A program made the translations under genes and the position numbers. A DNA stretch of 34,986 nt from a virus (taxonomy: Duplodnaviria; Caudoviricetes): the IMG/VR virus record IMGVR_UViG_3300037044_000046, positions 1 through 34,986 of that record; one strand, written 5' to 3'. This document shows, in pieces, positions 1-9,208 of the stretch; the stretch's first letter is position 1, and each line of letters begins with the position of its first letter. The notes beneath the pieces were generated by a model that worked only from the letters and a program-made list of their open reading frames with translations, did no database searches and had not been told where the DNA came from.

Positions 1-130
1 CACATCACACCCAAACGGTTAGGCGGAGCAGATGAATGGGACAACCTGCAATCATTATGTCATTCATGCCACAGCAGGAAAACGGCCCTGGAGGGGGGGG
101 TAAAATCCTCACAACCCGGTGCTGCTTGAC
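1..130. repeat. Terminal direct repeat (circular assembly overlap), copy 1
   Basis: 1-130 equals 34857-34986 except position 127 T vs 34983 A. Confidence 0.95.
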
Positions 131-166
131 CGTGCGGGCCATTTTGAACACCCCCCCGCGAAATTG
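92..166 (+). other. Probable cos/packaging initiation region
   Basis: Between HNH and terS; GGGGGGTAAAATC...GACCGTGCGGGCC...CGCGAAATTG layout typical of HK97-like cos phages. Confidence 0.55.
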
Positions 167-186
167 ATTAAAAAAGTATAAATATT

Positions 187-675
187 ATGTCAAGCAGAGG
201 GCGGAAGCCGAAACCAACTGAATTGAAGCAGCTCCAGGGGAATCCGGGGCACAGGCCGCTGAACAAACGCCAGCCGCAGCCAAAATCTGCGGTGAAGCGC
301 CCGCACGGTTTGGGCCGGGGTTTGCAGCGGCGATTCTGGGATGAACACGCGGGCGAATTGGAGCGGTTGCATGTGCTGACCGGCGTTGATACCGCCGCGT
401 TTCGGTTGATGGCGGAGCATTATGCCATCGCGGTGCAGGCGGTGACGGAGTTGAGAGACGGGGGACTGACGGTTGAGGGAAAGGACGGCACGAAGAAAAA
501 CCCTTTGGCCCAGGTTTTCAAGGACAATTCTATTGCGTTTAAGGCGTTTGCGGTTGAGTTTGGGATGACGCCCAGCGCCCGGGTGCGGTTGAAATTGCCG
601 GAGGAGGCGGAACAATTGAGCCTGGCGGAGCAATTATTCCGGGCGGTGGGGGCGGCGGTGAGTAACGATGATTGA
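187..675 (+). CDS. terS: Terminase small subunit, P27 family
   Basis: RGRKPKPT..K.L.GNPG.RPLN N-terminus; KKNP and EFGMTPSAR motifs. Confidence 0.95.
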   Translation: MSSRGRKPKPTELKQLQGNPGHRPLNKRQPQPKSAVKRPHGLGRGLQRRFWDEHAGELERLHVLTGVDTAAFRLMAEHYAIAVQAVTELRDGGLTVEGKDGTKKNPLAQVFKDNSIAFKAFAVEFGMTPSARVRLKLPEEAEQLSLAEQLFRAVGAAVSNDD

Positions 676-2371
676 TTTTACCGCCGAGCAGTACGTGGAG
701 AATGTTTTGAGCGGCAAACAGCTTAGTTGCCGCTGGTTGCGTTTAGCCTGCGAGCGGCATCGGCGGGATTTGGAGGCCGGCCCCAAGCGGGGGCTGTGGT
801 TTGACGCCCAGGCGGCCAAAGTGGCGATTGCCTTCTTCAGCGTGCTGCGACACTGGAAGGGTGAATGGGCCGGTAAGCCGATTGACCTGGAGCCGGCGCA
901 ACAATTTTGGATTTGGAGCCTGTTTGGCTGGAAACGGGAGGATGGGAACCGCCGTTTCAGGACGGCATACCTGGAAATTGCCCGTAAAAACGCCAAAACG
1001 ACGACCGCAGCCGGGGCAGGATTGTACCTGGCGTTTGTGGATAATGAGCCGGGCGCGGAGGTATACAGCTGCGCGACCCGGCGGGATCAGGCCAAAATAA
1101 GTCACAGAGACGCCACGGAAATGGTGAAAGCTTCGCCGCAACTGGCGCAGATGATTGGCGTGTTCCGGGATAACCTGCACGACGTGAAAAACGGCAGCAA
1201 ATTTGAGCCGCTGAGCGCTGATTTTAACAGCCTGGATGGTCTGAATATTCACGGGGTGATTGCGGACGAGCTGCACGCCTGGCCGCAACCGGAATTGTGG
1301 GGCGTGCTGAAAACCGGCACCGGTTCGCGCCGCCAGCCGTTGATGCTGGCGATTACAACCGCCGGCGTGAATCAACATGGCATTTGTTATCAGCAGCGGG
1401 ATTATGTGACCCGGATTCTAAAGGGAATTATTGAGGATGACGCTTACTGGGGCCTGATTTACACCCTGGACACAAAACAGGATTGGCCCGATCTGGAACA
1501 GGATGACGACTGGCAGGATGAGGCCAACTGGATGAAGGCCAATCCACTGCTGGGGGTGAGCAAAAAGGTGGGGATAATGCGCGAGGGGGCGCATGAGGCG
1601 GCCAATAAACCGGCGGAACTTAACCATTTTCTGCGGTGGCATTTGAATATCTGGACAAAAGCGGTGACAAGATGGGTAAATCCGATTTATTGGGCGGCCT
1701 GCGGCGAATTGGCGGTATCTGAGGCGGCGTTGGCCGGGCGGGTGAGTTATGCCGGGCTGGATTTATCGCAAACGTATGACATTACGGCGCTGGTGCTGGT
1801 TTTTCCACCGGAGGCGGCTGAAGAGCCGTATAAAGTGATCTGTCGCTGCTGGCTGCCGGAGGATAATATGGTGGAGCGGGTGCGGCGGGATCAGGTGCCC
1901 TATGAGGCGTGGGCGCGGCTGGGTTTTTTGAGGCTGACACCGGGCAACGTGGTGGATTATGATTTTATTCTGGCTGAAATTGAGGAATTGCGCCGACAGT
2001 ATGACATTAAAGAAGTTGGTTTTGACCGCTGGGGGGCATCGCTGATCTCCCAAAAACTGATGAATATGGGCGGCGATGAGTGGGTGGTGCCGATTGGGCA
2101 GGGATTTGCCAGTATGAGTCCGCCGATGAAGGAAATGGGCAAGCTGATTGCGGAGAAAAAGCTGGCGCACGGCAACAACCCGGTATTATCCTGGATGGCG
2201 GATAACCTGGTGGCCCGCGAGGACGCGGCGGGGAACATCAAACCGGATAAAGAGAAAAGCCGGGAAAAAATTGACGGGATTGTGGCCCTGATAATGGCCC
2301 TGGACAGGGCATTGCGGAATAAAGGTTCCGGTTTGAGCATTTATGAAGCGCGGGAGATTTTAATTTTATGA
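668..2371 (+). CDS. terL: Terminase large subunit
   Basis: Walker A ARKNAKT, Walker B IADELH, coupling ITTAG, nuclease GLDLS and KIDGIVAL. Confidence 0.98.
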   Translation: MIDFTAEQYVENVLSGKQLSCRWLRLACERHRRDLEAGPKRGLWFDAQAAKVAIAFFSVLRHWKGEWAGKPIDLEPAQQFWIWSLFGWKREDGNRRFRTAYLEIARKNAKTTTAAGAGLYLAFVDNEPGAEVYSCATRRDQAKISHRDATEMVKASPQLAQMIGVFRDNLHDVKNGSKFEPLSADFNSLDGLNIHGVIADELHAWPQPELWGVLKTGTGSRRQPLMLAITTAGVNQHGICYQQRDYVTRILKGIIEDDAYWGLIYTLDTKQDWPDLEQDDDWQDEANWMKANPLLGVSKKVGIMREGAHEAANKPAELNHFLRWHLNIWTKAVTRWVNPIYWAACGELAVSEAALAGRVSYAGLDLSQTYDITALVLVFPPEAAEEPYKVICRCWLPEDNMVERVRRDQVPYEAWARLGFLRLTPGNVVDYDFILAEIEELRRQYDIKEVGFDRWGASLISQKLMNMGGDEWVVPIGQGFASMSPPMKEMGKLIAEKKLAHGNNPVLSWMADNLVAREDAAGNIKPDKEKSREKIDGIVALIMALDRALRNKGSGLSIYEAREILIL

Positions 2372-2538
2372 AACGCGGTGAGGCGTTAAAACCGGATGCC
2401 TACGATATGATGGCCGGAATCGGGCTGATAATTTTGGCGATTGGCCTGTGGCTGGTGTATGAGCCGCTGGCCCTGATTGTGGTGGGGGGCATTTTGCTGG
2501 CGCTGGGGGTGTACCTGGCCAGGAAACGGGCGGAATAA
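2368..2538 (+). CDS. Small 56-aa hydrophobic membrane protein between terL and portal (not in ORF track)
   Basis: MKRGEALKPDAYDMMAGIGLIILAIGLWLVYEPLALIVVGGILLALGVYLARKRAE; ATGA and TAATG overlaps with neighbours. Confidence 0.8.
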   Translation: MKRGEALKPDAYDMMAGIGLIILAIGLWLVYEPLALIVVGGILLALGVYLARKRAE

Positions 2539-4514
2539 TGGGCATTTTAACGGGGGCGTTTGAACGCAGAGCGGGCCAGTGGTACGACGTGCTGGAGGGG
2601 ATGATCCCCCAGACGGCCAGCGGGGCTACAGTGACCACCGAGGGCAGCCTGAAAAATACGACGGTGTTTGCCTGCGTGCGGGTGCTGGCGGAGAGCGTGG
2701 CCAGCCTGCCGCTGATTGTTTACGAGCGGCTGGGGGATGGGCGCGGCAAGCGGCGGGCCGGGGAACACAGCCTGTACCGGATTCTGCACGATTTATCCAA
2801 TACCGAAATGACCAGCGTGGAGCTGCGCGAAACGCTGATGGGGCATTTGGCCCTGTGGGGCAACGCCTACGGGGAGATTGAGCGGGACCGGGGGGGCCGG
2901 GTGCGGGGCCTGTGGCCGCTGCGGCCCGACCAGATGACGGTGCAGCGGGTGGCGGGGCGGCTGATTTATGTGTATCAATTGCCGGATGGGCAGCGGATGA
3001 CGCTGCCGGCGGACATGGTGATGCACCTGCGCGGACTGAGCACCGATGGGGTGATGGGCTATAGCCCGATTGCGCTGGCCCGGCAGGCGGTGGGGTTGGC
3101 GCTGGCGACTGAGGAATTTGGCAGCCGGTTTTTTGGGAACGGGGCCAGACCGGGGGGGGTATTGCAACATCCGGGCGTGTTATCCAAGGACGCTCAGGAC
3201 AGATTGCGCAAATCTCTGGAAAGTCGCCATCGGGGCTTGAGCAATGCGCACCGGTTAATGATTTTGGAAGAGGGGATGACGCTGAAAGAAGTTGGCATCC
3301 CCCCGGAGGATGCTCAGTTTTTGGAGACGCGGCGATTCCAGGTGGCTGAAATTGCCAGAATGTTTAGAGTGCCGCTGCACATGGTGGGCGAGCTGGAACG
3401 GGCCACCAATAATAATATTGAGCATCAAAGCCTTGAATTTGTGATCCATACGCTGCGGCCGTGGCTGGTGCGGTGGGAACAGGCCATCAGCCGGGATTTA
3501 CTGACGCCGGCGGAACGGGCGCGGTATTTTGCGGAGCATTTGATTGACGGCCTGCTGCGGGGCGACATTAAAAGCCGGTATGAGGCGTATGCGACCGGGC
3601 GGCAAAACGGGTGGCTGAGCGCCAATGACATCAGGGAACTGGAAAATCAGAACCCGGTTGAGGGGGGCGATATGTACCTGGTGCCGCTGAATATGGTGCC
3701 GGTGGAGATGGTAATGGCGCAGCCGCGGGGGGAAACGCCGCCGGAACCCGAGCCGCAACGGGCAACGCGGGCGCTTGACCGGGAAACCAGGGCGCGCAAT
3801 GTGGCGATTGGGCGGCAGCGCCTGGCGACCAGTTTTGCGCATTTGTTTGAGGAGGCGGCGGGGCGGGTTTACCGCCGGGAAATTAACGATGTGCGGGGGG
3901 CGCTGGGTAAACACCTGGGCAAACGGGGCGCGGCTGATTTTAAACTGTGGCTGATTGATTTTTATGAGGAGCACGCCCAATTTTGGCGGCGGGTGATTTT
4001 GCCGCTACTGGTGACGTATGCGGAGCAGATTGGGGCGCACGTGGCAACGGAAACCGGCAGCGAGCCGGGCGACATCAGGGCATTTATTGAGGAATATGCA
4101 GAAACCCTGGGGAAACGGCAGGCCGGGGATAGCCTGGGGCAACTGCGGGCGCTGCTGGATGAGGCTATCAGCCAGGGGAATGACCCGGCAGAGGCCATTG
4201 AAGCCCGGTTGGGCGAGTGGGACGAGCGCCGGGCCGGGAAATTTACGCAGCAGGAATCTTACCGGGCAAACAATGCCCTGGCCAAAGCATTTTATATTCT
4301 GGTGGGCGTGCTGACGCTGCGCTGGGTGAGCGTGGGGGGAAACTGCCCTTATTGCCGGGCGCTGAACGGGCGCACGGTGGGGATTTACAAAGCGTTTCTG
4401 CCCAGAGATACGGATTTTCAACCGGAGGGAGCTGACAGTCCATTAAATATCCGGCACGATGCGGGGCACCCGCCGATTCACAGGGGATGTGATTGCATGG
4501 TGGTGGCCGGATGA
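2538..4514 (+). CDS. HK97-family portal protein with C-terminal MuF-like extension
   Basis: VFACVRVLAESVASLP, GNAY, FFGNGARPGG, EDAQFLETR, GWLSANDIR..EN; extra ~270 aa ending CPYCRALNG...HPPIHRGCDC. Confidence 0.93.
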   Translation: MGILTGAFERRAGQWYDVLEGMIPQTASGATVTTEGSLKNTTVFACVRVLAESVASLPLIVYERLGDGRGKRRAGEHSLYRILHDLSNTEMTSVELRETLMGHLALWGNAYGEIERDRGGRVRGLWPLRPDQMTVQRVAGRLIYVYQLPDGQRMTLPADMVMHLRGLSTDGVMGYSPIALARQAVGLALATEEFGSRFFGNGARPGGVLQHPGVLSKDAQDRLRKSLESRHRGLSNAHRLMILEEGMTLKEVGIPPEDAQFLETRRFQVAEIARMFRVPLHMVGELERATNNNIEHQSLEFVIHTLRPWLVRWEQAISRDLLTPAERARYFAEHLIDGLLRGDIKSRYEAYATGRQNGWLSANDIRELENQNPVEGGDMYLVPLNMVPVEMVMAQPRGETPPEPEPQRATRALDRETRARNVAIGRQRLATSFAHLFEEAAGRVYRREINDVRGALGKHLGKRGAADFKLWLIDFYEEHAQFWRRVILPLLVTYAEQIGAHVATETGSEPGDIRAFIEEYAETLGKRQAGDSLGQLRALLDEAISQGNDPAEAIEARLGEWDERRAGKFTQQESYRANNALAKAFYILVGVLTLRWVSVGGNCPYCRALNGRTVGIYKAFLPRDTDFQPEGADSPLNIRHDAGHPPIHRGCDCMVVAG

Positions 4515-4879
4515 GCGAAAAGGCGGTGCAAAACGCTGTTTTTCATTGGCTGGTGATGCACCAACATCTGGCGATCCGCATTAATAGCGGGGCGATGGTG
4601 TTTGCGGGGGAGCAATCCGGGGGGCAGGTGCGGCGATTTGTGCGGTTTGCCACGTGGCAAGTGGTGGGCCAGGCGTTGACCTGGGCCGGGGTGAGCGATA
4701 TTCTGGCGTGCTGTTATGGCCGGTTTACGGCCATTGAAATAAAAGCGCCGGACAAAAAGGACAATTTGAGCGAGGCGCAGCAGATATTTTTGGCGGCGGT
4801 GCAACGCTGCGGCGGGTTGGCGATTGTGGCCGATTGCATTGAGGATGTGGAGCGGGCTATTGGCCCGGTAAAGGAGTAA
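4511..4879 (+). CDS. VRR-NUC (PD-(D/E)xK) nuclease
   Basis: SE..VQ..V, GVSDIL, AIEIKAP, LSEAQQIF..AVQRCGG; ATG at 4511 overlaps portal stop. Confidence 0.85.
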   Translation: MSEKAVQNAVFHWLVMHQHLAIRINSGAMVFAGEQSGGQVRRFVRFATWQVVGQALTWAGVSDILACCYGRFTAIEIKAPDKKDNLSEAQQIFLAAVQRCGGLAIVADCIEDVERAIGPVKE

Positions 4880-4883
4880 AAAA

Positions 4884-5258
4884 ATGGCTAAATTGGTACA
4901 TGATGACGTTTTGGACGGGGCGTTGAACATAATAAAAAACAACTGCACCCGGATGGTGGCGTGCAGCACGCAGCCGACGACTTACACAGAGGCCAACGTG
5001 ACTTACGCCCTGGCCGATGTGACGATGACCGGCACTGATTTTACAGCGGCCAACGGGGACACCAGCGGCAGGAAATTGACTGTGGCGGCCAAAACGGCGG
5101 TGACTGTAGACGCCAGCGGCACATTTGGACACGTGGCGCTGCTGGATGTGAGCACCACCAAATTGCTGTATGTGACGACCGGCACCAGCCAGGCGCTAAC
5201 GGCCGGTAATACCTGCGATTTTCCGGCCTGGGACATTGAGATTGCGGATCCGAGCTAG
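4884..5258 (+). CDS. Putative virion structural protein (Thr/Ala-rich, beta-type)
   Basis: Strong RBS AAGGAG; composition and position in the head module. Confidence 0.6.
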   Translation: MAKLVHDDVLDGALNIIKNNCTRMVACSTQPTTYTEANVTYALADVTMTGTDFTAANGDTSGRKLTVAAKTAVTVDASGTFGHVALLDVSTTKLLYVTTGTSQALTAGNTCDFPAWDIEIADPS

Positions 5259-5261
5259 ATT

Positions 5262-7079
5262 ATGGCTATGTTGTTTGACATCACTCACGAGACCGCTGAT
5301 TTAAGCGAGTATGATTCAACTACTACCGATGGCGGAGATTTGGCGGTTACAGCGGGCGCGGCGCTAATTGGCAGCTATGGCCTGGCGGCGCTTATCGATG
5401 ATATTACCTCAATTTATGGCGGTAAGGGGTTTACCGCCGCCTCAACTTTCAGGATTAGAATTTATCACGATCCCAATACGCCTCAGATTAATGCAAATGG
5501 GTATTACGCATTTTTAAATGTTTATCAAGGATCATCTCTTGCTTATGCGATTTATTCAGAAAAAGATGGGGCAGGCGCTTTAATTGTGGGGGCGTATGCA
5601 ATAAAAGATAATGACAGTTGGAGCACAATCGCCACCTTCGCCTGGACTGACGCTTCCCATTATGTTGAGTTAAGCACGAAGGCTGCCACGGCTCCGGGAG
5701 CGAACAACGGTTATGCCCATTTTTATGTCGATGGTGATCTGAAAGGCTCAGTCACAAATTTAGACAACGATGTTAGGGGGATTGTCGACTGGATAGATGT
5801 TGGGGCGTTTGACATATCAGGTCGAAGTGGAACTTGGAGCGCCTACACTGATGAAATTAAAGCCAATAACGATGGCTCAGTTATCGGCCCGGCGACTATT
5901 ACGCACCAGTTTGTCATCGCCGAAGCCGCGCACGCCCACACGGCGGATGGGGTGACGCTGACGCAGGCGCACGCGCTGGCTGTGAACGAGGCCGCGCACG
6001 CCCACGCGGCAGACGGGGTGACGCTGACGCAGGCGCACACGCTGGGGGTGGATGAGGCAACGCACGCCCACACGGCGGATGGGGTGACGCTGACGCAGGC
6101 GCACACGCTGGGGGTGGATGAGGCAACGCACGCGCACACGGCGGAGGCGGTGACGCTGACGCAGGCGCACACGCTGGGGGTGGATGAAGCAACGCACGCG
6201 CACACGGCGGAGGCGGTGACGCTGACGCAGGCGCACACGCTGGGGGTGGATGAGGCCACGCACGCGCACACGGCGGAGGCGGTGACGCTGACGCAGGCGC
6301 ACACGCTGGGGGTGGATGAAGCAACGCACGCGCACACGGCGGAGGCGGTGACGCTGACGCAGGCGCACACGCTGGGGGTGGATGAGGCAACGCACGCGCA
6401 CACGGCGGAGGCGGTGACGCTGACGCAGGCGCACGCGCTGGCTGTGAACGAGGCCGCGCACGCCCACGCGGCGGATGGGGTGACGCTGACGCAGGCGCAC
6501 ACGCTGGGGGTGGATGAGGCCACGCACGCGCACACGGCGGAGGCGGTGACGCTGACGCAGGCGCACACGCTGGGGGTGGATGAGGCCACGCACGCGCACA
6601 CGGCGGAGGCGGTGACGCTGACGCAGGCGCACACGCTGGGGGTGGATGAGGCCACCCACGCCCACGCGGCAGACGGGGTGACGCTGGGGGTGAGCGGGGC
6701 ATTGGTCATTCACGAGGCCACGCACGCGCACACGGCGGAGGCGGTGACGCTGACGCAGGCGCACACGCTGGTGGTGGATGAAGCAACGCACGCGCACACG
6801 GCGGGCAGTATCACAATTGCCCAATTGCACCGGCTGCTGGTGGGCGACGCTTATCATAATCATTTGGCGGCAAAAATTTTGCTGACGATTGCGGCCACAC
6901 AGGGGTATGCGGTGGTATCTGACACGGCGGTATGGTTGGCGGTGATATTAGATGCAGCAATAAGCGGGGGCGCAGTGGTCACGGCGGTGGCGAATAACGC
7001 CGCCGGGCATGATGCGCTGGTGGGGGGAGCAACTTCCGGTAATGCTGCGGTTTACGGAGCGAGTGTATCCGATGGCTAA
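5262..7079 (+). CDS. Putative fibre/appendage protein: N-terminal beta-sandwich domain plus His-rich 22-aa repeat shaft
   Basis: 605 aa; 14 units of EATHAHTAEAVTLTQAHTLGVD; N-terminal ~215 codons are AT-richer. Confidence 0.7.
   Translation: MAMLFDITHETADLSEYDSTTTDGGDLAVTAGAALIGSYGLAALIDDITSIYGGKGFTAASTFRIRIYHDPNTPQINANGYYAFLNVYQGSSLAYAIYSEKDGAGALIVGAYAIKDNDSWSTIATFAWTDASHYVELSTKAATAPGANNGYAHFYVDGDLKGSVTNLDNDVRGIVDWIDVGAFDISGRSGTWSAYTDEIKANNDGSVIGPATITHQFVIAEAAHAHTADGVTLTQAHALAVNEAAHAHAADGVTLTQAHTLGVDEATHAHTADGVTLTQAHTLGVDEATHAHTAEAVTLTQAHTLGVDEATHAHTAEAVTLTQAHTLGVDEATHAHTAEAVTLTQAHTLGVDEATHAHTAEAVTLTQAHTLGVDEATHAHTAEAVTLTQAHALAVNEAAHAHAADGVTLTQAHTLGVDEATHAHTAEAVTLTQAHTLGVDEATHAHTAEAVTLTQAHTLGVDEATHAHAADGVTLGVSGALVIHEATHAHTAEAVTLTQAHTLVVDEATHAHTAGSITIAQLHRLLVGDAYHNHLAAKILLTIAATQGYAVVSDTAVWLAVILDAAISGGAVVTAVANNAAGHDALVGGATSGNAAVYGASVSDG
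5922..6863 (+). repeat. 66-bp intragenic tandem repeat, 14 units plus a partial one
   Basis: Units start at 5922 and step by 66 nt to 6845; partial DAYHNH unit follows. Confidence 0.95.
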
Positions 7080-7365
7080 CGTATACGATAAGGGCGATCT
7101 GGTGCAGTGTGCATGTGTTTTTACAGACGGCAACGGGGCGGCGCTTGACCCCGGCACCGTAACATTTAAGGTGACAAATCCGGCGGGGACGACAACGACC
7201 TATGTGTACGGCACAGACGCGCAGCTTGTAAAAAGCGGCACGGGGAATTATTACGTGAATGTTAGCGCGGCCGGCGGTGGGGAATGGCTGTATCGGTTTG
7301 AAAGCACCGGCACCGGGCAGGCGGCGGTTGAGGGTAGATTCAGGGTGCAGGGATCGGCATTTTAG
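7072..7365 (+). CDS. Small Ig-like/beta-sandwich virion protein
   Basis: MANVYDKGD..., DPGTVTFKVTNPAG, GNYYVNV, GEWLYRFESTG strand pattern. Confidence 0.6.
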   Translation: MANVYDKGDLVQCACVFTDGNGAALDPGTVTFKVTNPAGTTTTYVYGTDAQLVKSGTGNYYVNVSAAGGGEWLYRFESTGTGQAAVEGRFRVQGSAF

Positions 7366-7374
7366 GAGGGGGAT

Positions 7375-7977
7375 ATGGAACGGCGATATTTTAGCGGGGA
7401 ATTGCGCTTTATTGATGATGACGGCCTGCCGCGCCTGGTGGGGTATGCGGCGGTGTTCAATCAACCGAGTGAGAACCTGGGTGGATTTGTGGAGAGGATT
7501 GCCCCCGGCGCGTTTGATGAGGTGCTGGGGGATGATGTGCGGGCATTATTTAATCACGATTCTAATTACCCACTGGGGCGGACAGCAGCGAAAACGCTGC
7601 GGCTGATGGTGGATGCCATTGGGCTGCGCTATGAGGTGGATTTGCCCGACACCCAGTATGCCAGGGATTTGCGGGTGAGTTTGGCCCGCGGCGACGTGAA
7701 CCAGAGCAGTTTTGGGTTTGTGGTGGACACGGACCAATGGGAACAGCGGGAACAGCCGCCGGTGCGGACGCTGCTGAAAATTGGGCGGTTGTTTGATGTT
7801 AGCCCGGTGACGTTTCCGGCGTATCCGCAGACGAGCGCGGAAGCGAGAGCCAGGGCGCAGGAATTGAGCAAAACGGTCCCGGACGCTCAGGCGGGCGGCG
7901 GGGCCGATAACAGTGGGGCGACAGCCGGGCGGCTGGCCCTGCGGAAGCGTAAAATTGATTTATTGAAACTGAGATAA
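7375..7977 (+). CDS. HK97-type prohead protease
   Basis: GYAAVFN..SENLGGF.E.IAPGAF, ALFNHD, SSFGF, LFDVSPVTFPAY. Confidence 0.97.
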   Translation: MERRYFSGELRFIDDDGLPRLVGYAAVFNQPSENLGGFVERIAPGAFDEVLGDDVRALFNHDSNYPLGRTAAKTLRLMVDAIGLRYEVDLPDTQYARDLRVSLARGDVNQSSFGFVVDTDQWEQREQPPVRTLLKIGRLFDVSPVTFPAYPQTSAEARARAQELSKTVPDAQAGGGADNSGATAGRLALRKRKIDLLKLR

Positions 7978-7984
7978 TGAGGAG

Positions 7985-9202
7985 ATGACGATGAAAACCG
8001 CAATTGAATTGCGACAAAAACGAGCCTCGCTGCTGGAGGAGGCTCAGGCAATGGTGCTGGTGGCCGAAAAGGAAAACCGGGACCTGAATGAGGCCGAACT
8101 GGCCGAGTACAACGGCAAACTGGCCGAAGCGGAACAGATGTTGAAACGGGCCGAGCGGCTGGAAGCCATTAACGGGCAGGTAGCCACCCTGGGGCAGTCG
8201 ATGGGGCCATTGGCGGGCCAACGGAGCGCGCCGGCGGTGTTAACTATTCCGCGGGGCGACAGTTTTGAACAGGGTTTTTCGCACTGGCTCAGAACCGGCG
8301 ACGGCGGCGGGCTGGAGCGGGAAAATATGGACGGCAACGGCTACACCCTGCGCGCCAGCAACGCCACCGATATGAACATCACCACGGGGGCTGACGGGGG
8401 GGACCTGGTGCCGACCGGATTCTACAATCAAATCATTGCCCGGCGGGATGAGTCGATGCTGGCGGCAAAGTTGCCGATCATGCGGGTGCCGGGGGTTGGC
8501 ACCACGGTGGATGTGCCGCTGGACAATGAGGCGGACGGTGAATTTGTGGCGACCAGCGAAGCTGGCACTTTTGACCTGGACGCGCCGGCAGTGACCAAAA
8601 AATCCCTGACCCTGGCCCTGTACAGCAAATATTTGGATGTGTCATATCAACTGCTGGAGGACACACCGACGAATTTGCTGGGCTTTTTGGCCGACTTTGT
8701 GGGGCGCGGGATGGCAAAAACTCACAACAGCCTGCTGTTGACTGAGGTGGCCGCCAACGGGACGAGCCTGAAAACGTTTGCCAGCGCCATCGCCATCGCG
8801 TTTGGCGAGCCTGAAGATATTGTGGGAAACAATGATCTTGGCGAGTACCTGAGCGAGGACAGCGCGGTGGCCTGGGTGATGCGCTCTGCCACTCACTGGG
8901 ACTTAAAAAGCCTGACCGGCAGCGACCGCCAGTATGCGATCAACGTGGACACCGGCAAGAGCCTGCTGGGCTACCCGGTGAACTACAGCCAGAAAGCGGC
9001 TGCGGTAGCAGCCAGTGCCAAATCGCTGTTTTTTGGCAACTGGCGCTATGTGGGCATGCGTGAGGCACCGGGGATCACGTTTATTCGTGATCCGTTTACC
9101 GTAGCGGTGAGCGGGCAGGTGCGGCTGTTATGGCATTTCCGCACTGTGTATGGGGTACTCCAGGCCGAGGCGATTGGCTACGGGGTGCATCCGAGCGCCT
9201 AA
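7985..9202 (+). CDS. Major capsid protein, HK97 fold (start may be 7991)
   Basis: Coiled-coil delta domain, GGDLVP, VSYQLLED, LLGYPV, FFGNW. Confidence 0.95.
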   Translation: MTMKTAIELRQKRASLLEEAQAMVLVAEKENRDLNEAELAEYNGKLAEAEQMLKRAERLEAINGQVATLGQSMGPLAGQRSAPAVLTIPRGDSFEQGFSHWLRTGDGGGLERENMDGNGYTLRASNATDMNITTGADGGDLVPTGFYNQIIARRDESMLAAKLPIMRVPGVGTTVDVPLDNEADGEFVATSEAGTFDLDAPAVTKKSLTLALYSKYLDVSYQLLEDTPTNLLGFLADFVGRGMAKTHNSLLLTEVAANGTSLKTFASAIAIAFGEPEDIVGNNDLGEYLSEDSAVAWVMRSATHWDLKSLTGSDRQYAINVDTGKSLLGYPVNYSQKAAAVAASAKSLFFGNWRYVGMREAPGITFIRDPFTVAVSGQVRLLWHFRTVYGVLQAEAIGYGVHPSA

Positions 9203-9208
9203 GAGGGA

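Noticed and set aside
1-130. Biological long terminal repeat
   Set aside because: Cuts through the HNH gene, has assembler-overlap length, and the gene set implies cos packaging
5922-6863. CRISPR array
   Set aside because: Contiguous in-frame 66-bp coding repeats with no unique spacers
5843-6863. Three long minus-strand ORFs
   Set aside because: Shadows of the stop-free repeat
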